A DNA stretch of 15,650 nucleotides from Candidatus Eiseniibacteriota bacterium (GTDB taxonomy: Bacteria; ARS69). Shown piece after piece: positions 1 to 6,551 of this stretch. The stretch's first letter is position 1. Each line of letters opens with the position of its first letter. The position numbers were made by a program, and so were the translations under genes. The DNA lies in assembly GCA_052390515.1 (NCBI GenBank), contig JBQTGV010000077.1:1-15650 (forward strand), read 5' to 3'. Below the pieces are notes generated by a model, which searched no databases, was not told the origin of the DNA, and saw only the letters and a program-made list of their open reading frames with translations.

Positions 1-758
1 CCGACGAGACGGGGCCTGCCGCCCACCCGGTCGATGGCCGAGGGAACGATCGCCGCCGAGCGCACCGACCCCGTGGCGGTGCGGTAGCAGATCCGCACGC
101 GGTCCCCGGTCACCAGCGCCTCCTCGAGCAGGCGCTGGCCGGACGGAGGCAGCGCCGGCTCCGCGCGCCCGCGCGGACCGTCCCGCCGCGCGCAACCTGC
201 CGCGGCGAGCAGGGCCTCGCGCGTGACGATGCCGCGCTCCTCCGCCAGTTCCAGGAGAACGGCGAGCAGGCTCGCGGTCGCCCGCGCGTCGGACAGCGCA
301 CGATGCGGCTCCTCGTGACGGATCCCGTGGCGAATGCACGCGCTCGCCAGATCGTGGCCTTCGCGGTGCGTCCCGAGCGCCCGCGAGAGCCGCACCGTGT
401 CGAGGACGGGATTCGCCAGGACGGGACGACCCTCTCGAGCCAACGCAGCATCGAGGAACGACCGGTCGAACCCGGCCTGATGGGCGACGACCACGCGTTC
501 GCCGAGAAACTCGAGCAGGCGAGGCAGCACTTCCGAGAACCGCGGTGCGTCCGCCACCGCCGCGTCCTCGATGCCGTGCACGCGCCCGGCGGACGCGGAG
601 ATCGGGCGAAGCGGACGCGACCAGGCGTGGAAGCAGGCGCCGAGCCGGCCGCCTTCCCAGTGAACCGCTCCGGTCTCGACGACCTCGCCGCTGCCGGACG
701 CGAAGCCCCCTGTCGTCTCGAAATCGAGCACCGCGTAGCGGTCGTCGCGCAGCCCCAC
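1..758 (-). CDS. DnaQ/PolIII-epsilon-like DEDDh 3'-5' exonuclease with C-terminal probable WYL domain (3' end outside window)
   Basis: Not in the ORF track because it has no stop in the window; translated by hand. GTG at 758 with GGGAGG SD about 8 nt upstream and a 1-nt gap after the MFS stop. Sequence MGLRDDRYAVLDFETTG (ExoI) ... VVVAHQAGFD (ExoII) ... HRALSDARAT (ExoIII), then LLEEALVTGDRVRICYRTATGSVRSAAIVPSAIDRVGGRPRLV (WYL-like). Confidence 0.88.
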   Translation of the reverse strand, partial: MGLRDDRYAVLDFETTGGFASGSGEVVETGAVHWEGGRLGACFHAWSRPLRPISASAGRVHGIEDAAVADAPRFSEVLPRLLEFLGERVVVAHQAGFDRSFLDAALAREGRPVLANPVLDTVRLSRALGTHREGHDLASACIRHGIRHEEPHRALSDARATASLLAVLLELAEERGIVTREALLAAAGCARRDGPRGRAEPALPPSGQRLLEEALVTGDRVRICYRTATGSVRSAAIVPSAIDRVGGRPRLV

Positions 759-759
759 G

Positions 760-1881
760 TCAACGCCTCCCGGTGAGGAGCAGGCGCTGCACGCTGAGGC
801 CGAGACCGCCGGCCAGCAGCACGCCCGCGACCACGAACGGCGCCGCGAGGTCCTGGTGGGCGGCGGCCACGAGCCCGCCGAGCAGGGGCAGGGACGAGCT
901 GCCCGCGCCGAGAATCGTCTCGTGCCAGCCTGCGGCGCGTCCACGGCCGGAAGGGCGATCCAGGCTGGCCTGGATCGAGGCCTGGTAGGCGAGCCCGAAC
1001 GCCGCGCCGAGCGGAAGCGCCGCCACGAGGCGGAACGGCGAGCCGACCGCCGCCACGAACAGCGCGAGACCGGCCAGCGCGAACGCGTACGCGGTGAAGA
1101 GCGAGGGCGGCGAGGGACGCCGTCGAGCGAGCAGAGCGAACGTCGCCGTCTGGACGACGAAAACCGAGCCGAGCATGACGCCGAACGCGGTCGGCCCGGC
1201 GCCACGGTCCAGCAGCAGCCGCGGGGCGTGCATGTTGAGCGTGCTGGCCGTGCCGAAGGCGAGCGCGTTGGTGATCCACGCCAGCGGAAGGAACGCGGGC
1301 GAGTGGGCGTGTGCGCCAGGCGGCGGCGCGTGCGCAGGGACCGTGGCGGGCTCCGAGCGCGGCAGCACCGCGAAGGTGAGCAGCGGCGGCAGCGCTGCGA
1401 CGAGCAACGCGACTTCCGGGCGAAGGGCCTCGGTCAGCAGGCCCCCGAGGACGAGACCCGTCCCTTTCCCGAGGCTCCAGGATATGTTGAACGCGGCGAC
1501 GGCTCGCGGGAGAGACTCCACCGGGCATCGATCGGAGACGGCCGCCTGGAGCGGCGACCAGAAGAACCCGAGCGCGGCACCGAGCAGCGGCAGCGACGCG
1601 TAGAGGGCGGCCGACCCCGGCGCGAGAGCGAGAGCGAGGCACCCCGCGGAAAAGAGCAGGAGCGCGCGGCGCGCCAGCACCAGCCTCGGAACGCGGTCCG
1701 ACAGACGTCCACCGAAGCTCGCCGAGAACATGTAGGCGCCGGCGTAGAGCGTCGGTAGGATGCCCAGCTGCGCGGGTCCGGCCCCGAGGTCGATCGCCCG
1801 GAACGGAAGCGCGGCGAAAGCGAGATACAGGGAGGCGTCGGTGAGGAACGCGGCGGCGAGCAGGCGGGGGACGCCGGGCAT
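760..1881 (-). CDS. MFS transporter (~373 aa)
   Basis: C-terminal part of ORF 760..2514, starting MPGVPRLLAAAFLTD. Many hydrophobic helices, MFS motif A (GGRLSDRVPR) and a Pro/Ala central loop between the two halves. The start is supported by a -10 box 6 nt upstream. Confidence 0.9.
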   Translation of the reverse strand: MPGVPRLLAAAFLTDASLYLAFAALPFRAIDLGAGPAQLGILPTLYAGAYMFSASFGGRLSDRVPRLVLARRALLLFSAGCLALALAPGSAALYASLPLLGAALGFFWSPLQAAVSDRCPVESLPRAVAAFNISWSLGKGTGLVLGGLLTEALRPEVALLVAALPPLLTFAVLPRSEPATVPAHAPPPGAHAHSPAFLPLAWITNALAFGTASTLNMHAPRLLLDRGAGPTAFGVMLGSVFVVQTATFALLARRRPSPPSLFTAYAFALAGLALFVAAVGSPFRLVAALPLGAAFGLAYQASIQASLDRPSGRGRAAGWHETILGAGSSSLPLLGGLVAAAHQDLAAPFVVAGVLLAGGLGLSVQRLLLTGRR

Positions 1882-3442
1882 GATCGCATCGTATCGGTGG
1901 GCGGCTGCAGGAGCAATCGCGGTCGTGCTGGCGGCCGCGGCGGCCCCGGCAGCCGGATCCGACGAGACGCTCGCCCGGGTGCGAAAGGCCGTCTCCTCGG
2001 GGCGCGATCCGGCTCTGCTGGCCGCGCACGCCTCCGCCGCGACGGTGCACATGGCCGGCCAGGAAGTCGGGCGCGTGGAGACGCTCGCGCAGCGGAGCCC
2101 GCGCGCGCTCCGCGAGCTCTCCGAGATCGCCGGGGTCCGCCAGGTGGTCACCCTGCTCGGCGACGACGGCTGGCTCGAGGACACGAACGGCACCATCCGC
2201 GAGCTGACCGGCGACGAGCTCTCCGGCGCGCGGATGGCGCACTCCCTTCTCTTCCACTCGTACCTGGACGGCTCCGACGCCGAGTTGCTCGTGGAGGTCG
2301 AGGGCGGCGTCGTCACCCTCCGGCCACGCGACGGCACCGGCGAGGCCCACCTCACGATCGGCGAGGGCTCTCTTCCGGTCGCGTTCGAGCGCACGATGTC
2401 GGGCACGCTCGCGCGAACGACGTTCTCCGACTGGCGGCCGTCCGCGGGAGTGTTGTGGCCGTTCGCCTCCACGCAGACCACCGGCGATCCGCGCTTCGAC
2501 CTGACCCTCCTCACCGTCGAGGTCGACTATCCCCAGGCGCTGCCGGCGGGCGCCATCCCGACGCCAACCGCCGGTCCGGCCCGCGACTTCGTGGTGTCGG
2601 ACCCGGACTCTGCCGCCGCCATCGTCTTCGAGCTCGAGGGCTCGCTGATCGTCCTGCCGGCGCGGGTCGGTGATCGGCCGGGGCGGTTCCTGCTCGACAC
2701 CGGGGCCGGCGCGACCGTCCTCGATGCGGCGTTCTGCGAGGTCCTCGGTCTCGAGCCGCGCGGGGCGATGGAGGCGCGCGGGGCCGGCGGCAGCCAGACG
2801 GCCCGCTTCGTCGACGTGGAAAGCTTCCATCTCCCGGGAATCGAGATGTCCGGGCAGACGGTCGTGACGGTTCCGCTCGACGAAGTGGGTCGCGCGCTCG
2901 GCACGCAGGTGGACGGGATCCTCGGGTACGACTTCCTCAGCCGTTTCGCCGTCGAGATCGACTACCCGGCGAAGCGCCTGGCGCTGTTCCGCTCCGGAAG
3001 CTACTCGCCCCGCGACGGCGCAATCCGGGTTCCGCTGCGCATCGAGACGAATGTGCCCCGGCTCGACGGCGTGCTGGAGGGCGAGCATGCGGGGAGCTTC
3101 GTGCTGGACACCGGGAACGCGTATCCCCTGCTGCTGCACGCTCCGTTCGTCCGCCGCAACGGGCTGGCCGAGGCCGGCGGCGAAGACCTCTCGATCACCG
3201 GAGTGGGAGGCGCCGAGGCCATGACGCGGACCCAGGTGGATTCGCTCGCTCTCGGCGATGCGGTGTTCCGGAGCGTCCCCGCCCTGCTGGCCACTTCCGA
3301 GTCCGGGGCCATCGCGCTGGAGGAGTCGATCGGCAACGTCGGCGGGGCGTTGTTCCTCGACTCCGTGCTGGCCTTCGATTACGGCGCCGGTTCGCTCTGG
3401 CTGGCGCGCGCGGCGAGAGCCGACTCCGCCTCCGCCCGGTAG
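1880..3442 (+). CDS. Secreted aspartyl protease with two retropepsin-like domains and an N-terminal LolA-like/beta-rich domain (~520 aa)
   Basis: Signal-peptide-like N-terminus MIASYRWAAAGAIAVVLAAAAAPA with GGGGGA upstream. Two catalytic motifs, FLLDTGA (D at 2696) and FVLDTGN (D at 3107), each followed by a psi-loop motif (DGILGYDFL; GNVGGALF). TTFSDWRPSAGVLWPF resembles LolA-like sorting-protein folds. Confidence 0.88.
   Translation: MIASYRWAAAGAIAVVLAAAAAPAAGSDETLARVRKAVSSGRDPALLAAHASAATVHMAGQEVGRVETLAQRSPRALRELSEIAGVRQVVTLLGDDGWLEDTNGTIRELTGDELSGARMAHSLLFHSYLDGSDAELLVEVEGGVVTLRPRDGTGEAHLTIGEGSLPVAFERTMSGTLARTTFSDWRPSAGVLWPFASTQTTGDPRFDLTLLTVEVDYPQALPAGAIPTPTAGPARDFVVSDPDSAAAIVFELEGSLIVLPARVGDRPGRFLLDTGAGATVLDAAFCEVLGLEPRGAMEARGAGGSQTARFVDVESFHLPGIEMSGQTVVTVPLDEVGRALGTQVDGILGYDFLSRFAVEIDYPAKRLALFRSGSYSPRDGAIRVPLRIETNVPRLDGVLEGEHAGSFVLDTGNAYPLLLHAPFVRRNGLAEAGGEDLSITGVGGAEAMTRTQVDSLALGDAVFRSVPALLATSESGAIALEESIGNVGGALFLDSVLAFDYGAGSLWLARAARADSASAR
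1888..1916 (-). promoter_or_regulatory. Putative sigma70-type leaderless promoter for the MFS gene
   Basis: Minus strand reads TTGCTC(1916-1911)-N17-TACGAT(1893-1888)-N6-ATG(1881), with no SD before the ATG. Confidence 0.6.
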
Positions 3443-4716
3443 CGGTCTTCCGGGGCGTCGCGGGTGGCGCGCTCCAACTCTCTCTGCGCCTCGTCGTGCC
3501 GGCCCAGAGCGCTCAACGCGATCGCCAGGAGATAGCGATCCGTCGCCGCACCCTCGTCGTCCCGGTGCGCGGCCAGCGCGGCCTGCAGGTGCTCCGCCGC
3601 CCCGGCCGGGTCCCCGGCGCGCAGCCTCGCGGTGCCGTAAGTGCCGCGGACAAAAGGGTCTTCCGGCGCCAGCTCCAGTGCTTCTCGAGCCACGCGCTCG
3701 GCCTCCGCACGGTCCCGGTAGGTCTCGGGCGCCTCCTCCAGCAGGATCCAGGCGAGGTTGTTGCGCGACTCGAAGTCGCGCGGATCGAGCTCCGCGAGCC
3801 GCCGGAAGTCGGCGATCGCCCCGGGCCAATCCTCGGCTTCCACGCGGATCCGCCCGCGGACGTGCAGGAGGTCCCGCTGGTCGGGCGCTTCGGCGAGCCG
3901 CTCCTCCACGAGCTCGAGCGCGGCGTCCCGCTCCATCGCGGCGATGGCGTCGTAGTGCCAGGCGTCGAGGCGCGGACCGTCCGGACCCCGCGTCCGGAAG
4001 ATGCTCTCGAAGGCGCCCGCGAAGGAAACGACCAGCAGCGCGGTGCACACGGCCGGGAGGATCCTCGTGACCGCCGCGTCGCCGACCCCCAGGATCGGCA
4101 GCAGGGAACGCGGGGCCAGGAACAGGGCGACGACCGCGCCGCCGGCGAGCCCGCCGAGGTGCGCGTTCATGTCGATCCGCGGCGCGAGCAGCCCGAGCGC
4201 GAGGTTGACTCCCAGCCAGGGAAGCAGCGCGGGGCCCATGATCTTCGCCACGCGTGCCGGCAGGACTCCGCGGAAGCGGAAGGCGAAGACGATGGAACCG
4301 CCGAGCAGACCGAAGATCGCGCCTGAGGCGCCGACCGAGATCCGCTCGGCGAGCGCGTCGCTCGCCAGGGACCCGGCGATCCCGGACACGAGGTAGAGGA
4401 AAAGGAGTCGCCACGGCCCGTAAAACGCCTCGAGGTTCCCGCCCAGGAGGTAGAGCGCGTACGCGTTGACGAGCAGGTGCAGCTCGTTCGCGTGCAGGAA
4501 CGTGGAGGCGAGGAGCCGCCAGATCTCCCCGGCCTCGACGAAGGCACGGGCGTTCGCGCCGAAGGCCACGAGCACGTCGGTGCGCTCCGGACCTCCGGCG
4601 ATGCGGCTCATCACGAAATACACGAAGATGGCGACGAGCAGGAAGAGGGTCGCACGGGGTGGGAACAGCGCGATCGTACGGACGGGCGGAGGTGCTGCGA
4701 GCTCGGTCCGGTTCAG
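3379..4716 (-). CDS. Rhomboid intramembrane serine protease with C-terminal TPR repeats (~445 aa; probable CTG start)
   Basis: GEIWRLLASTFLH (WR motif), HLLVN, catalytic GASG and AHLGG. The C-terminus has TPR-like helices (RGRIRVEAEDWPGAIADFRRLAELDP; NNLAWIL). The start position is inferred (see findings). Confidence 0.9.
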   Translation of the reverse strand: MNRTELAAPPPVRTIALFPPRATLFLLVAIFVYFVMSRIAGGPERTDVLVAFGANARAFVEAGEIWRLLASTFLHANELHLLVNAYALYLLGGNLEAFYGPWRLLFLYLVSGIAGSLASDALAERISVGASGAIFGLLGGSIVFAFRFRGVLPARVAKIMGPALLPWLGVNLALGLLAPRIDMNAHLGGLAGGAVVALFLAPRSLLPILGVGDAAVTRILPAVCTALLVVSFAGAFESIFRTRGPDGPRLDAWHYDAIAAMERDAALELVEERLAEAPDQRDLLHVRGRIRVEAEDWPGAIADFRRLAELDPRDFESRNNLAWILLEEAPETYRDRAEAERVAREALELAPEDPFVRGTYGTARLRAGDPAGAAEHLQAALAAHRDDEGAATDRYLLAIALSALGRHDEAQRELERATRDAPEDRYRAEAESALAARASQSEPAP

Positions 4717-5225
4717 GCTTCTTCCTCGAGACGGGATCCCGCAGCGGAGACCGCCGGCGGCTCTTCGTGCGGGGTCAGCGCCGTCACGTGCCGCTTGCCG
4801 ACCAGAACGGGACCCGCCTTCGTCTCCACCGCGAAGAAGTCCTCCGGGAAGTTCAGGAAGTCCGAGACGCGCGAGAACTCGTCGGGGAGATCCATGGCGA
4901 TTCGCCCGTCGAGCTCGATCCCCTGCCCGGTGCGCAGCGACACCCGCTCCCGCCGGAACACCGGCGTGCTCTCCTTGCGGATGAGCGCGGGCGAGACACC
5001 ATCGGCCGGCTCGACCAGCACCACCCGGGTGCGGTTCACCACCTGGACTCCGCCGTCGGTCTCGATCGGGAACCAGGGGCTGTCGTTGTTGAACAAGTCG
5101 AGGATGGCCTGCTCGCCGCGGTGGATGGGATCGATGTAGTCGAGGAACACCCGCCCCTCGAGCCGCTCGCCCCCGGACAGCCGCAGCCGGACCGGGACTT
5201 TTCGCTTGGGAATGACGTGGCTCAC
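4713..5225 (-). CDS. Small protein of two tandem Sm/Hfq-like repeats (DUF6812-like, tentative; 170 aa)
   Basis: C-terminal end of ORF 4713..7052 from GTG 5225, preceded by a G-rich tract. Internal duplication: KVPVRLRLSGGERLEGRVFL...ILDLFNNDSPWFPIETDGGVQVVNRTRVVLVEP versus RERVSLRTGQGIELDGRIAM...VSDFLNFPEDFFAVETKAGPVLVGKRHVTALTP. Confidence 0.8.
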   Translation of the reverse strand: MSHVIPKRKVPVRLRLSGGERLEGRVFLDYIDPIHRGEQAILDLFNNDSPWFPIETDGGVQVVNRTRVVLVEPADGVSPALIRKESTPVFRRERVSLRTGQGIELDGRIAMDLPDEFSRVSDFLNFPEDFFAVETKAGPVLVGKRHVTALTPHEEPPAVSAAGSRLEEEA

Positions 5226-5366
5226 GCCGGCCCCCCCGAGTTTCGCTCTCCAAAGATCGTCAATCCGGGGCGAAAGTCGAGGGGAAACTTGGAAATCCTG
5301 ACCGCGGGACTTCACCGCCCGCCCCGACGTGCCGATCCCCGACCAGAACTCCTTACGGGCGGCGAC

Positions 5367-6542
5367 ATGGCGCGAATCGACGCGATCTTCGAGGCGGTCC
5401 AGGCTCAGGGCGCCTCGGACCTGCACATCTCCACGGGCGCTCCGCCGATGATCCGCCGCCACGGGGAAATGCATCCCGTTCCCTACCAGGAGCTGACCCC
5501 CGAGCTCACCGAGATGCTGCTCTACGAGATGATGGGCGAGCGGGAGCGCGCCATCTTCGAGCAGCGCAAGGACGTCGACTTCAGCTACGAGGTCTCCGGC
5601 CGGTTCCGGGTGCGCTGCAACGTGTACGAGGAGCGCCGGGGGCTGGCCGGGGCGTTCCGCCTGCTGCCCACGTCGATTCTCACGCTGGAGCAGCTCGGAC
5701 TGCCGCCGCATCTCTCCGAGCTGAGCCGTGCCGAGAAGGGGATCGTCCTCGTCACCGGACCGCCGGGTTCCGGGAAGTCGACGACGCTCGCGGCGCTGAT
5801 CGATCACGTGAACAACCGCGTGCGCCGTCACATCATCACCATCGAGGATCCCATCGAGTACGTGCACCAGAACCGCAAGTGCCTGGTGAACCAGCGCGAG
5901 GTCGGCAGCCACACGCCCAGCTTCGCCGCCGCACTGCGCGCCGCCCTGCGCGAGGACCCCGACATCATCCTGGTGGGCGAGATCCGCGACTACGAGTCCA
6001 TGAGCCTGGCGCTCACCGCGTCGCAGACCGGGCAGCTCGTGCTCGGCACGCTGCACACCACCAGCGCCGCGGAGACGGTGGAGCGCATGATCGACACGTT
6101 CCCCGCGGACGAGCAGTCGCAGGCGCGGGGGATGCTGGCCACGTCGCTGCGCGCGGTCATCGCCCAGCGGCTGATGCGTCGGGCGGACGACAAGGGACGC
6201 GTCGCGGCAGTGGAGATCCTGCTGGGCTCGCCGGCCGTCGCCGCACTGATCCGCGAGAAGAAGCACTACCAGATCCCCTCGGTGATGCAGACCAGCCGTC
6301 GCGACGGGATGCAGCTCCTCGAGGACTCCATCCGGGACCTGCTCGCGCGCGGCATCGTGAGCGCGGAGGAGGCCCAGCGGTACTCGACGGCACCGCCTTC
6401 GATCCGGGCGGCGGCCGCGGCCGCACCTCCACCGGCATCGCCGCCGTCGGCGCCCGGCGTGCCCGAGCGCGCGCCCGCCGCGGGGCAGCCTTCCGCTGCG
6501 AGACCCGCGTCCCGGGCCAACATCAACCGACCGGTGCGCTAG
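5367..6542 (+). CDS. pilT: Type IV pilus retraction ATPase, PilT/PilU family (391 aa)
   Basis: ASDLHISTGAPP N-domain, Walker A GPPGSGKSTT, Asp box ITIEDPIE, Walker B ALREDPDIILVGEIRD, His box LGTLHT, AIRNLIRE-like AVAALIRE and GMQ, plus a Pro/Ala-rich C-terminal tail. Confidence 0.93.
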   Translation: MARIDAIFEAVQAQGASDLHISTGAPPMIRRHGEMHPVPYQELTPELTEMLLYEMMGERERAIFEQRKDVDFSYEVSGRFRVRCNVYEERRGLAGAFRLLPTSILTLEQLGLPPHLSELSRAEKGIVLVTGPPGSGKSTTLAALIDHVNNRVRRHIITIEDPIEYVHQNRKCLVNQREVGSHTPSFAAALRAALREDPDIILVGEIRDYESMSLALTASQTGQLVLGTLHTTSAAETVERMIDTFPADEQSQARGMLATSLRAVIAQRLMRRADDKGRVAAVEILLGSPAVAALIREKKHYQIPSVMQTSRRDGMQLLEDSIRDLLARGIVSAEEAQRYSTAPPSIRAAAAAAPPPASPPSAPGVPERAPAAGQPSAARPASRANINRPVR

Positions 6543-6551
6543 GAAGCCCCC

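Noticed and set aside
110-4414. 1434-aa minus-strand ORF
   Set aside because: Arg/Gly/Pro-rich with no motifs. It is an off-frame or antisense shadow of four recognisable genes, expected where high GC depletes stop codons.
5262-5312. Three GAAA-containing mini-hairpins upstream of pilT as a possible c-di-GMP riboswitch
   Set aside because: The GGCAAAC / GCAAAG-type conserved core of c-di-GMP-I is not present and the stems are short. An Infernal/Rfam scan would settle it.
5310-5338. CTTCA-N16-GCCGAT as a sigma28-like promoter for pilT
   Set aside because: The -35 match is weak and GCCGAT is frequent by chance at this GC content, so it cannot be supported without TSS data.
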